Made by a program: the position numbers and the translations under genes. A DNA stretch of 64,000 bases from Pseudodesulfovibrio sp. (GTDB lineage Bacteria; Desulfobacterota; Desulfovibrionia; Desulfovibrionales; Desulfovibrionaceae): contig NZ_JAQUWN010000004.1 of assembly GCF_028692895.1 (NCBI RefSeq), forward strand, positions 23,660 to 87,659, given 5' to 3'. The notes beneath the pieces are model-generated. The model made no database searches. It was not told the origin of the DNA and saw nothing but the letters and a program-made list of their open reading frames with translations. Of this stretch, positions 31,703-41,625 are shown piece by piece. The stretch's first letter is position 1. Each line of letters starts with the position of its first letter.

Positions 31703-32503
31703 ATGTTGCTGGCCTTTCCCTACATGCATTCGTACCTGTTCCCCGAGGACCTGATCCCGTCCGTCCGCTTCTTCGATCCGGGCATGACGGCGGAGTCCCT
31801 GCCCGAGGCGTTCAGGCCGGACGACCTTCCACTGGACCCCAAGACCGCGACCGCGCTGATCAACGACTCCATCCGCTTCGGCGAACAGTTCAAGGACCCC
31901 GGCGAAATGGCCTATTTCGGGGCTGTGACGGCCGACGATTATTATGAGGGCTCCTCCATGTCCATCCAGGCCCAGTTGACGCGCCAGTTCGACGACGGCC
32001 AGGGAGAAAAGGCCCGGCGCGAGGAGCGCGAGGCCAGGGCCAGGGCGCAGTTCGTCCTGCTGCTCGCCTGGTTCTTCGAGGAGCGAATGCTGGAGCTCCA
32101 GGGGCTGGAGGAGCGCGTCAAGAACGCCTGGTCGGCCATGGACAAGGGGCTGGGCGTGGATGACGAGGACCGGCTGGAGCCCGGCGTGGCCGCCCATGGC
32201 GGGACCGAGAGCCACACCGGCGGAGCGTCGGATGGCCAGGAGGTCCAACTGCCCTGGCAGCGCATCGTCGAGGCCCTGCCCGCCTTCATCGGCGAGGACG
32301 ACGTGCTGGTCTGCGTGGACGACGCGATCCACGCCGCCTGGGAGGACCTGGGCATCGAATTTTCCCCGGCCGACGCGAAGCTCGGCCTGCCCGCCGGCGC
32401 GCTGGCGGCACGGCAGCCCGCCTGGCGGTTCGCCGGTCGCCGCATCGAGCCGGCGAACCTGCCGCCGGCCCGTCGCGAGGTGACCGTGGCGGTGATCCGA
32501 TAA
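31703..32503 (+). CDS. hypothetical protein (266 aa)
   Basis: ATG 31703 lies 6 nt after AAGGAG and 17 nt after the upstream stop. No family recognised. Confidence 0.65.
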   Translation: MLLAFPYMHSYLFPEDLIPSVRFFDPGMTAESLPEAFRPDDLPLDPKTATALINDSIRFGEQFKDPGEMAYFGAVTADDYYEGSSMSIQAQLTRQFDDGQGEKARREEREARARAQFVLLLAWFFEERMLELQGLEERVKNAWSAMDKGLGVDDEDRLEPGVAAHGGTESHTGGASDGQEVQLPWQRIVEALPAFIGEDDVLVCVDDAIHAAWEDLGIEFSPADAKLGLPAGALAARQPAWRFAGRRIEPANLPPARREVTVAVIR

Positions 32504-32519
32504 CCCCACTGGAGACCAC

Positions 32520-33200
32520 ATGGCCATTGCCAATCCCTTGATGAACCCCCGCCTGGTGGAGGGGGTCAGGGCGGTCGTCTTCGACTGCGACGGCGTGCTC
32601 ATCGACTCCTACGAGTCGAATATGCGCTATTACGGCGAGATAAAGGAGCGGCTCGGCCTGCCGCCCCTGACAGAGGAAGAGAAGCTCTACGTGCACAGCC
32701 GGACCCACGTCGAGGCCCTGCGCTATATCGCGCCCACGGACGAGCTCTACGCCCGGACGTGGGAGATCGTGCGAAGCTTCGATCCCACGATGTTCAATCC
32801 GTACCTGAAGCGGTCCGAGGGCATCCGCGAGTTCCTGGACTGGCTCCGCTCGGCGGGCTTCGCCATGGCCGTGAACACCAGCCGCAGCCTCATGGACCCC
32901 ATCCTGCGCATCATGGACCTGGAGGGGTTCTTCCGTCCCGTCATCACCACCAACCTGACCACGCGGCCCAAGCCGTCCCCGGAAGGGCTCTTCCGCATCA
33001 TGGAGGAGCTTCGGGTCGCCCCGCAGGAAGTGGCCTACATCGGCGACACCCATGTGGACGAGAAGGCGGCCATCGGGGCGGGCGTCCGCTTTTGGGCGCA
33101 CCGCGCGCCCACGCTCCGGGCCGAGGTGCACATCAACAGTTTCTGGGACCTCCGCGCAGTCATGCAGCGATGCTACAAAGAGCGGGGCAGAGTGTTTTAG
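32520..33200 (+). CDS. HAD family hydrolase (phosphoglycolate-phosphatase-like)
   Basis: VVFDCDGVLIDS (DxD), NTSR and GDTHVD HAD motifs. Confidence 0.85.
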   Translation: MAIANPLMNPRLVEGVRAVVFDCDGVLIDSYESNMRYYGEIKERLGLPPLTEEEKLYVHSRTHVEALRYIAPTDELYARTWEIVRSFDPTMFNPYLKRSEGIREFLDWLRSAGFAMAVNTSRSLMDPILRIMDLEGFFRPVITTNLTTRPKPSPEGLFRIMEELRVAPQEVAYIGDTHVDEKAAIGAGVRFWAHRAPTLRAEVHINSFWDLRAVMQRCYKERGRVF

Positions 33201-33292
33201 GGCTTGATTCTTGCTACCCTGTGTGCGAAATTGTCGTCAATTGACACTATACCGTGCGGACCGCCGACAGGTCCGCCCATTCTGGAGGATTC

Positions 33293-33607
33293 ATGGGTTT
33301 TCTCGGGACGTTGGTCCAGGCGGCTGTTTTCGTCATCGACACCGTTCTTTCCATCTATTTCTGGATCGTCATCATTTCCGCGTTGCTCTCCTGGGTCAAT
33401 CCGGATCCCTACAATCCCATCGTCCGATTCCTGCGTGGGGTGACCGAGCCGGTCTTCTACCGCATCCGCCGATGGATTCCCTTTGCCGTGGTCGGCGGGT
33501 TCGACCTGTCGCCCATCGTGGTGATCCTGGCCATCCAGGTGTGCAAGATCGTCGTGGTCCAGAACCTCGCGGTTCTCGCCATGTCCCTGCGCGGTTCCGG
33601 CATGTAG
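33293..33607 (+). CDS. YggT family membrane protein
   Basis: GGAGGA RBS upstream of ATG 33293, and ILSWV.P...NP YggT signatures. Confidence 0.85.
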   Translation: MGFLGTLVQAAVFVIDTVLSIYFWIVIISALLSWVNPDPYNPIVRFLRGVTEPVFYRIRRWIPFAVVGGFDLSPIVVILAIQVCKIVVVQNLAVLAMSLRGSGM

Positions 33608-33626
33608 CGTATCAAGGAGGGGTTCG

Positions 33627-34133
33627 ATGACCGCCGTTTCCAAGATCGATCTGCTCAACAAACAGTTTTCCCGCCGCATGTTCGGTTATTCGCGCATGGA
33701 GGTGGACCAGTTCATGCTGGAGCTGGCCGAGGTCCTGGGCGACGCGGCCGACAGCCAGAAGGCGCTGCGCCGGAAGATCAAGCAGCTCGAGCAGGCGGTG
33801 AAGGAATACCGCCAGCGCGACGAGACCCTGCGCGACACGCTGATGAGCACCCAGAAGATGGTGGACGATCTCAAGGTCGCCGCCGGAAAGGAAGCCCAGC
33901 TCATCATCGACGAGGCCCGCGCCAAGGCCGACGCCATGGTCCAGAAGGGGCACAACCGCGTGGCCCAGGTCCATGAGGAGATCGAAGGGCTCAAGCGGCA
34001 GCGCGCCCGTTTCGAGATCCAGCTCAAGGGGCTGCTCAAGTCCCACCTGGAGATGCTGGAGACGGATGACCCCGAGAAGGAAATGGTCGAGGCCCTGGAG
34101 TCCAAGGTCAAATACCTGAAAAAAGTAGATTAA
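33627..34133 (+). CDS. DivIVA domain-containing protein
   Basis: The N-terminal DLLNKQFSRRMFGYSRMEVDQFM motif followed by a coiled coil. AAGGAGG RBS. Confidence 0.85.
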   Translation: MTAVSKIDLLNKQFSRRMFGYSRMEVDQFMLELAEVLGDAADSQKALRRKIKQLEQAVKEYRQRDETLRDTLMSTQKMVDDLKVAAGKEAQLIIDEARAKADAMVQKGHNRVAQVHEEIEGLKRQRARFEIQLKGLLKSHLEMLETDDPEKEMVEALESKVKYLKKVD

Positions 34134-34199
34134 GGCGGTTGTTGCCATATCTCCCGACCGGAATTTGTCAGCAGGAGCGAGCACGGATGGCGTCTGGCC

Positions 34200-34439
34200 G
34201 TGTGGGTGCAGCCGGGAGCCCGGAAAACGGAAGTTTCCGGACTCTACCAGCAGTGCGTCAGAATCCGTCTTGCCGCCCCTGCGGTCGACAACAAGGCCAA
34301 CAAGGCGCTTGTGGCTTTCGTTGCCGACGCATTGCGACTGAAGAAAAACCAGGTGACCATCGAGCATGGGCATGCCAGCCGAAAGAAGCACCTGGCCATA
34401 GCGAGCACGGCCGAGCCCGATTGGCGGGTTTTCCTGTAG
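34200..34439 (+). CDS. DUF167 (YggU) family protein; start codon unresolved
   Basis: VQPGARKTEVSG...RLAAPAVDNKANKALVAFV aligns to E. coli YggU. The first canonical start (GTG 34200) would cut off conserved N-terminal residues that are encoded in-frame upstream. Confidence 0.7.
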   Translation: MWVQPGARKTEVSGLYQQCVRIRLAAPAVDNKANKALVAFVADALRLKKNQVTIEHGHASRKKHLAIASTAEPDWRVFL

Positions 34440-34476
34440 CCGGAGCGGCCGTATAACCTGAAAAAAGGAGCGGGAC

Positions 34477-34707
34477 ATGGAATCCAAAGACCTTGAACTC
34501 ATTGAGAAGTACGGGATCGAGGACGTTCAGCTGAAGGCTCTGTGGGAACAGCACGTTACGTACGAGAAGATGTTGGACAAGCTTGAGTCCAAGAGCTACC
34601 TGTCACCCACCGAGATGCAAGAAATGAAGGAACTCAAGAAGAAGAAGCTGGCAGGCAAGACCACGTTGCAGACCCTGCTGGACAAATATCGGGCCATGGA
34701 GGCGTAA
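34477..34707 (+). CDS. DUF465 (YdcH-like) domain protein
   Basis: 76 aa of coiled-coil sequence with the ...LKK.KL..KD/T motif and an AAGGAG RBS. Its stop abuts the ilvB ATG. Confidence 0.75.
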   Translation: MESKDLELIEKYGIEDVQLKALWEQHVTYEKMLDKLESKSYLSPTEMQEMKELKKKKLAGKTTLQTLLDKYRAMEA

Positions 34708-34708
34708 G

Positions 34709-36400
34709 ATGAAACTGACCGGGGCCCAGATACTCCTCAAGTGTCTGGAAAAGGAAGGGGTTGATGTCATGTTCGGTTTCCCTGGCGGAGCCGTCATCGA
34801 CATCTATGACGAAATACCCAGATCGTCCGTCGAGCACATTCTGGTGCGCCATGAACAGGGCGCCATTCACGCTGCAGACGGATACGCCCGCGCCACCGGC
34901 CGGGTAGGGGTATGCCTAGTCACCTCCGGTCCCGGCGCCACCAATACCGTCACCGGCATCGCCACGGCCTATGCCGACTCCATCCCGGTCGTCATCTTCA
35001 CCGGCCAGGTGCCCCGCGCCCTGATCGGCAATGACGCCTTCCAGGAGGTGGACATCGTCGGCATCACCCGGCCGTGCACCAAGCACAATTATCTGGTGCA
35101 GGACATCAAGGACCTGGCCAAGACCGTCAAGCAGGCCTTTTATCTGGCCCGCACCGGCAGGCCGGGTCCTGTCCTGGTGGACCTGCCCAAGGACGTCCAG
35201 AACCAGATCACCGAGTTCGAGTACCCGGACAAGGTGGAGATGCGCAGCTACAAACCCACCAACAAGCCGCACATCGGCCAGGTGCGCAAGGTGGTCAAGC
35301 TGCTCAAGGAGGCCAAGCGCCCGCTCATCTACTCCGGCGGCGGCGTCATCACCTCCGGCAGCCACGAGGAGCTGACCTGGCTTGGCCGCAAGCTCCGCAT
35401 CCCGGTCACGTCCACCCTCATGGGCCTGGGCGCGTTTCCCGGTGACGACGAGCTGTTCCTGGGCATGCTCGGCATGCACGGCACCTATGCGGCCAACATG
35501 GCCGTGAACAACTGCGACCTGCTCCTGGCCGTGGGCGCGCGCTTCGACGACCGCGTCACCGGCAAGATCACCACCTTCGCCCCCAGGGCGACCATCGTCC
35601 ACATCGACGTGGACCCGACCTCCATCCAGAAGAACGTCTCCGTGCACGTGCCGCTGGTGGCGGACTGCAAGTCCGCCCTGGCCGCCCTCAAGAAGGAGAC
35701 CAAGGCCACCTTGGATGAGTTCGACTGGCAGGCGGACCATCAGCCCTGGGTCGACCAGGTCCAGACCTGGGCGCGCGAGCATCCGTTGACCTACAAGGAC
35801 AACACGGACGCCATCAAGCCGCAGTTCGTGGTCGAGAAGATTTACGAGATCACCAAGGGCGACGCCATCATCGCCACCGAGGTGGGCCAGAACCAGATGT
35901 GGGCGGCCCAGTTCTACAAATACACCAGGCCCAACACGCTGCTGACCTCCGGAGGTCTGGGCACCATGGGCTACGGATTCCCGGCGGCCATGGGGGCGCA
36001 GCGCGCCTTCCCGGACAAGCTCGTCATCGACATCGCGGGCGACGGCTCCATCCAGATGTGCATCCAGGAGATGATGACCGTGGTCTGCAACAAGCTGCCG
36101 GTCAAGATCGTCATTCTCAACAACGGCTATCTCGGCATGGTCCGGCAGTGGCAGGAGCTCTTCTACGAGAAGAACTATTGCGCCACGTGCATGGACGCCC
36201 AGCCCGACTTCGTCAAGCTGGCCGAGGCCTACGGGGCCGTCGGCTATCGCGTGACCGAGAAGAAGGACGTGGAGAAGACGCTCCGCGAGGCGTTCAAGGT
36301 GGACAAGCCGGTTATCGTGGACATCCGGGTGGAAAAGGAAGAGAACGTCTACCCGATGGTCCCGGCCGGCGCGTCGTTGACCGAGATGTTGTTGGTGTAG
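34709..36400 (+). CDS. ilvB: acetolactate synthase large subunit (biosynthetic type)
   Basis: 563 aa with a ThDP-binding GDGS...NN motif and an N-terminus typical of AHAS. Confidence 0.95.
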   Translation: MKLTGAQILLKCLEKEGVDVMFGFPGGAVIDIYDEIPRSSVEHILVRHEQGAIHAADGYARATGRVGVCLVTSGPGATNTVTGIATAYADSIPVVIFTGQVPRALIGNDAFQEVDIVGITRPCTKHNYLVQDIKDLAKTVKQAFYLARTGRPGPVLVDLPKDVQNQITEFEYPDKVEMRSYKPTNKPHIGQVRKVVKLLKEAKRPLIYSGGGVITSGSHEELTWLGRKLRIPVTSTLMGLGAFPGDDELFLGMLGMHGTYAANMAVNNCDLLLAVGARFDDRVTGKITTFAPRATIVHIDVDPTSIQKNVSVHVPLVADCKSALAALKKETKATLDEFDWQADHQPWVDQVQTWAREHPLTYKDNTDAIKPQFVVEKIYEITKGDAIIATEVGQNQMWAAQFYKYTRPNTLLTSGGLGTMGYGFPAAMGAQRAFPDKLVIDIAGDGSIQMCIQEMMTVVCNKLPVKIVILNNGYLGMVRQWQELFYEKNYCATCMDAQPDFVKLAEAYGAVGYRVTEKKDVEKTLREAFKVDKPVIVDIRVEKEENVYPMVPAGASLTEMLLV

Positions 36401-36412
36401 GAGGGCGGCGAC

Positions 36413-36904
36413 ATGAACAAGCACACACTTTCCGTGATGGTCGAAAACGAGCCGGGCGTCCTGTCCCGCGTGGCGGGGCTCTTCAGCGGGCGCGGGTTCA
36501 ACATCTATTCCCTGAACGTGGCCCCCACCCTGGAGAAGGGCGTGTCCCTCATGACTATCGTGGCCGAGGGCGACGACGCCATCATCGAGCAGATCGTCAA
36601 GCAACTCCGCAAGTTGATTCCCACCATAAAGGTGAAGGATCTGACCGAGATGAAATCCGTGGAGCGGGAGATGGTCCTGCTCAAGGTCAACGCCGAGGAT
36701 TCCAAGCGGGCCGAGGTCCTGCGGATTGTTGACATCTTCCGCTGCAAGGTTGTAGACGTGAGCCCGGACGAAGTGACCGTCGAGGTCACGGGCGATCAGG
36801 GCAAGATCGGCGCGCTCATCAATCTCCTGACCCGTTTCGGGATCAAGGAGATCGCCCGCACCGGCAACGTTGCCATGCAGCGTTCCATGCAGATCGACCT
36901 TTAA
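36413..36904 (+). CDS. ilvN: acetolactate synthase small subunit
   Basis: 163 aa, LSVMVENEPGVLSRVAGLFSGRGFNI ACT domain. Confidence 0.93.
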   Translation: MNKHTLSVMVENEPGVLSRVAGLFSGRGFNIYSLNVAPTLEKGVSLMTIVAEGDDAIIEQIVKQLRKLIPTIKVKDLTEMKSVEREMVLLKVNAEDSKRAEVLRIVDIFRCKVVDVSPDEVTVEVTGDQGKIGALINLLTRFGIKEIARTGNVAMQRSMQIDL

Positions 36905-36924
36905 TCCGTGCAATCAGGCGATGT

Positions 36925-36961
36925 CCCGGACCCGGGGTGAAAGCCCTTGGTCCGGTTTTTT
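36925..36961 (+). terminator. terminator/attenuator hairpin between ilvN and ilvC
   Basis: CCGGACC...GGTCCGG extended stem followed by TTTTTT. Confidence 0.6.
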
Positions 36962-37010
36962 CGCATGTTTATATAAGCGCTAATGACAGCCCTCGCGGCT
37001 TAAAATATGA

Positions 37011-38012
<1,002 letters not shown>

Positions 38013-38031
38013 CCGGTTTCATTCAGCAAAT

Positions 38032-38069
38032 AAAAAAGGGCGGTTTCGTTGCGAAACCGCCCTTTTTTT
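38032..38069 (+). terminator. Rho-independent terminator after ilvC
   Basis: AAAAAA-GGGCGGTTTC-loop-GAAACCGCCC-TTTTTTT. Confidence 0.82.
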
Positions 38070-38084
38070 GCGCGAAAAAAACGC

Positions 38085-38112
38085 TTGACCAGCCCCTCCG
38101 CCGTCCTTAAAT
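38085..38112 (+). promoter_or_regulatory. candidate sigma-70 promoter (TTGACC-N16-TTAAAT)
   Basis: Hexamers at 38085-38090 and 38107-38112, about 33 nt upstream of ATG 38145. Confidence 0.4.
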
Positions 38113-38144
38113 GAGCTCGCGATTTTTCGTCGGAGGGGTAGGCG

Positions 38145-38717
38145 ATGCCTGTGGATATTCTGTTGTTGGGAATAGTGGTCTTTTTCGTGGAGCTGACGTC
38201 CCTGACCATCGGGACCGTGCGGACCATGATAACGGTTCTCGGGGAATCCCGGATGGCCTTTGTCCTGGGCTGCCTGGAGATGACCCTGTGGATCTTCGGC
38301 ACCTCGGCCGTGATGCTCAAGGTGGGCGAGGAGCCGTTTCTTGGCATCTGCTACGCCGTGGGCTACGCAGGTGGGAACGTGGTCGGCATCCTGGCCGAGA
38401 AGAAGCTCGCCCTGGGCAACGTGGTGGTGCGCATCATCAGCGCCCGGCTGGGCCGGGAGATCGCCGGGGCGGTGCGCCGGGCCGGTTTCGGCGTGACCAC
38501 CGTGGCCGGGGAAGGCTCCGAGGGGCCGGTCACGGTCCAGTTCGTGGTCTGCCGCCGCCGGGACATGAAGCAGCTCCTGGCCGTGGCCCGCGAGGCCGAT
38601 CCCGAACTCTTCTACACCTTTGAGACCGCGGGCGGGGCGAGCGCGGTGCATGGCCCCGCGCGCAGCCGGGCGGGCAGGTTGCTCGCGCCCCTCCGGCGGC
38701 TGGCGCCGCAATTTTAA
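38145..38717 (+). CDS. DUF2179/UPF0316 family membrane protein
   Basis: Three N-terminal TM helices plus a C-terminal DUF2179-like alpha/beta domain (VVRIIS...GVTTV.GEG). Confidence 0.78.
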   Translation: MPVDILLLGIVVFFVELTSLTIGTVRTMITVLGESRMAFVLGCLEMTLWIFGTSAVMLKVGEEPFLGICYAVGYAGGNVVGILAEKKLALGNVVVRIISARLGREIAGAVRRAGFGVTTVAGEGSEGPVTVQFVVCRRRDMKQLLAVAREADPELFYTFETAGGASAVHGPARSRAGRLLAPLRRLAPQF

Positions 38718-38721
38718 AGGG

Positions 38722-38755
38722 AAACGCCCGGTTCAACGTGAACCGGGCGTTTTTG
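38722..38755. terminator. bidirectional terminator
   Basis: 11-bp stem ACGCCCGGTTC/GAACCGGGCGT followed by TTTTT. Confidence 0.75.
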
Positions 38756-38795
38756 TTTGGTCTGTTGGGGACCCGGCTTGGCCGGGCCGCGCCCG

Positions 38796-39365
38796 CTACT
38801 TGCCGCCGAGCAGGGCGGCCTTGAACTTTTCGCCGGGGCCCGGCCTAGGGCCGATCCAGGTGGAGAGGATGGCGTCGGCGAAGTCCTTGCCCGGAATGCC
38901 GCCCATGGGCTTGCCGGCCACCACCACGTCCGTGCCGGTGGCCGGGGTGTAGGTGAAGCCCATCTCGTCGCCTTCCTTCATGTTGCGCATCATCTCCTCG
39001 AGCTGGACGAATTTGGCCCGAAGCTCCGGGGTCACGGGGATGACGTTGGCTTCGAGCCCTTCCACCCACGCCTTGTTGATGGCCCCGGCGTCCGCATTGT
39101 GCACGAAGTGCATGAGCATCATGCGAGGCGCGTCCTTGGCCAGGATTGCCTTGGGATCATGCGAGGTTTCTGTGAGATAGAGTCCGGCGACATAGACGTC
39201 GAACACGAACTTTTCGCGCAGGGCCACGCCGTTGAGCCGGAGGGTGGCGTCGCCCACCTCCACGGTGTCGGGCAGGTTGACGCCCGCCTTCTGGACCGCC
39301 GGGGCGGCCTGGGCCAGGCAGAGCGCGGCGAACAGGGTGAGAACAAGGAGTTTTGCATGTCGCAT
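38796..39365 (-). CDS. chalcone isomerase-like family protein (secreted)
   Basis: Signal peptide MRHAKLLVLTLFAALCLAQA. The LRLNGVALREKFVFDVYVAGLYL motif is typical of the Chalcone_3 family. Confidence 0.75.
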   Translation of the reverse strand: MRHAKLLVLTLFAALCLAQAAPAVQKAGVNLPDTVEVGDATLRLNGVALREKFVFDVYVAGLYLTETSHDPKAILAKDAPRMMLMHFVHNADAGAINKAWVEGLEANVIPVTPELRAKFVQLEEMMRNMKEGDEMGFTYTPATGTDVVVAGKPMGGIPGKDFADAILSTWIGPRPGPGEKFKAALLGGK

Positions 39366-39375
39366 GGGGGCCTCC

Positions 39376-40242
39376 TTACGGCAAATGGCTGAGGAACGCT
39401 GACAGTTCCCGATTGAATAGATCAGTTTCCTCGTAAAATGGCAAATGGCCGCTGTGCTCCAGGGTGACCAGGCGCGCGCCGGGGATGGACCCGGCCACGA
39501 ACCGGCCCGTCGAGCCGCCGGCCCGGACGTGGCGCGCCAGGCCGTACATGGCCAGGCAGGGGAGGGCGATGGCCGGCAGCACAGGGGTGAGGTCGCGCCG
39601 GGCGTAGTCCCGGTAGAGCGCGGCCAGGGCTCCGGCATCGGCCCGGAGGTGTTCGGCCAGCATCCATTGCCGGCCGTGGGCCGGGGCGCGGCAGGAGAGG
39701 AACATCCCGTCCACGAACCGGTTCCCGTAGCCGGTCCGGTCTTCGGCCATGCGGCGCAGGTCCTCCTCCATGGCCGCCATGTTGCGGTCCCGAAGGCGGT
39801 GGCCGTTCCAGGGCGCGTCGGAAAAGGGATAGGGGCAGGACTCCACTAGTCCGAGGGCGGCCAGGCGGGCGGCCCCGAAGAGGCGCAGGTGCTCCAGGAC
39901 CACCGAGCCTCCCAGAGACCAGCCGACCAGGGCGGCGCGGTCCAGGTTGAGGGCCCGGATCACGTCGCGCAGGTCGCGGGCCAGGCGTTCCAGGGTGTGG
40001 CCGCGCGGGACGGCGTTGGACCGCCCGTGGCCGCGCAGGTCCAGGGTCACGACCTGGAATCGATCGGCCAGGCAGAGCTGCCGCCGCCAGAAAGCGGAAC
40101 TCGCGCCCCAGCCGTGCACCAGTAGCACGGGACGTCCACGGCCGTGGACGTCCACCCACAGCCGCGCGCCGTCGTCCGCGGTCACCCGGCCGCCGACGTG
40201 GTCGTCGCCCAGGGTCTCCACGGCCTCGAAGCGATCGTCCAT
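39376..40242 (-). CDS. alpha/beta hydrolase
   Basis: VLLVHGWG, the nucleophile elbow GWSLGG, and a C-terminal HSGH. Its ATG shares 1 nt with the trmO stop (TGATG). Confidence 0.85.
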   Translation of the reverse strand: MDDRFEAVETLGDDHVGGRVTADDGARLWVDVHGRGRPVLLVHGWGASSAFWRRQLCLADRFQVVTLDLRGHGRSNAVPRGHTLERLARDLRDVIRALNLDRAALVGWSLGGSVVLEHLRLFGAARLAALGLVESCPYPFSDAPWNGHRLRDRNMAAMEEDLRRMAEDRTGYGNRFVDGMFLSCRAPAHGRQWMLAEHLRADAGALAALYRDYARRDLTPVLPAIALPCLAMYGLARHVRAGGSTGRFVAGSIPGARLVTLEHSGHLPFYEETDLFNRELSAFLSHLP

Positions 40243-40652
40243 CAGCCTCTGCGTTCCTTCTTGCGCGGCTTGATGTCGATGACCGGCGTGCCGTCGATGG
40301 CCTCCAGCGGCTCCACGACCAGGGTGGCCGGGGCCTCGACGGCGACCACGGTGACCTGGTGCAGGCCGATGGGGTTGGGCCGGTTGGGCGAGCGGGTGGT
40401 GAACACGCCGCGCAGGGGCGAGTTCAGGTTGCCGCGCGGGTGGACCTGGAGGGCGTCGCGGCTGGACTGGTGGAACCAGGTCAGCAGGTCGAGCTGCGCT
40501 CCCGGCTCCATGGCCAGCAGGCCATCGGCATAGGCCGGGTCCAGTTCGATGCGGGCCCGGACCGCGCCGGGTTCGTCCTCCATCTTGGGCGCGTCGTCGC
40601 GCGTCTTGATGGTGGAACGGACGTGGCCGATGATGACGAGTTCCGGTTTCAT
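40242..40652 (-). CDS. trmO: tRNA (N6-threonylcarbamoyladenosine(37)-N6)-methyltransferase TrmO (TsaA/YaeB family)
   Basis: 136 aa with GVFATRSPNRPNPIG and GTPVLDIKP-type motifs. Confidence 0.85.
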   Translation of the reverse strand: MKPELVIIGHVRSTIKTRDDAPKMEDEPGAVRARIELDPAYADGLLAMEPGAQLDLLTWFHQSSRDALQVHPRGNLNSPLRGVFTTRSPNRPNPIGLHQVTVVAVEAPATLVVEPLEAIDGTPVIDIKPRKKERRG

Positions 40653-40660
40653 GGCGACTC

Positions 40661-41611
40661 CTATTGTTCGAAATGGTCGAACCCGGCTGCGTCAAACGGT
40701 TCGCCGTTGACCACCAGGCCGGGCTTGTCGGTGACGGCGCCGATGACGGTCACGCCGGGCACGGTCTCGATGCGCGGCATGTCCATGAAATTCGCGCAGC
40801 CGAGCAGGGCGTAGTCCTCGCCGCCCAGGATCGCCTCCTCCACGGGGTCCACGCCCATGGCCAGGGCGAAGGCCACGACGTTGCCGTTGAGCTGTTCGGC
40901 CTTCAGCGCGATGTCCGCGCCCAGGTCCGGGCCGAGGAAGCGGGGCAGGTCGCGGGCCAGGCCGTCCGAGACGTCCATGAGCCCTTTGGCCCCGGCGGCC
41001 TTGAGCAGGGTGCCGATCAGGACTTTGGGCTTGGGCCGGAGGTGGGCGTTGACCGCGGCCGGGAAGGCCTCGCGCGCCTTGTCCTTCAGCGATTCCAGGG
41101 CCATGAAGCCCGCCCGGGCCATGCCGAGGTCGCCCACGGTGAAGAGGACGTCCCCCTTGGCGCAGTTGCCGCGCGTCAGGAACCTGCCGCCGCCCTTGGC
41201 CACGCCGAACACGGTGATGGACACGCCGAGCTTGTCCGCCCGGCAGAGGTCGCCGCCGGTCAGGACCATGTCGTTCTGGCGGGCGAGCATGGCCATGGAG
41301 TGGAGAAACTCGTCCCAGAACTCGTCCGGGAGGTCGGCCGGGGCCATGAGGTCCATGTTGAAGGCCACGGGCAGCGCGCCCATGGCCGCGATGTCGCTGA
41401 TGTTCACGGCCAGGGCCTTGTAGCCGATGTCGGCGGCGGAAAAGTAGTCGCGGCGGAAGTGGACGTCCTCCAGGAAGAGGTCGGAGGAGACGCAAAAGGG
41501 CTCGCCGCCCGCGAGCACGGCGCAGTCGTCGCCCCGGCCCAGGGTGACGGCCTGGCCCTCGCGCGGGAAGTGCGCGTCGATCAGCTTGAGGAATTGTTCT
41601 TCGCTTTTCAT
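40661..41611 (-). CDS. thiL: thiamine-phosphate kinase
   Basis: 316 aa from MKSEEQFL, with GDDCAV...DLFLEDVHF and the AIR-synthase-like fold motifs. Confidence 0.9.
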   Translation of the reverse strand: MKSEEQFLKLIDAHFPREGQAVTLGRGDDCAVLAGGEPFCVSSDLFLEDVHFRRDYFSAADIGYKALAVNISDIAAMGALPVAFNMDLMAPADLPDEFWDEFLHSMAMLARQNDMVLTGGDLCRADKLGVSITVFGVAKGGGRFLTRGNCAKGDVLFTVGDLGMARAGFMALESLKDKAREAFPAAVNAHLRPKPKVLIGTLLKAAGAKGLMDVSDGLARDLPRFLGPDLGADIALKAEQLNGNVVAFALAMGVDPVEEAILGGEDYALLGCANFMDMPRIETVPGVTVIGAVTDKPGLVVNGEPFDAAGFDHFEQ

Positions 41612-41625
41612 GATATGCCAGCTTG

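Noticed and set aside
34916-36913. 665-aa ORF on the minus strand
   Set aside because: It is antisense to ilvB and ilvN.
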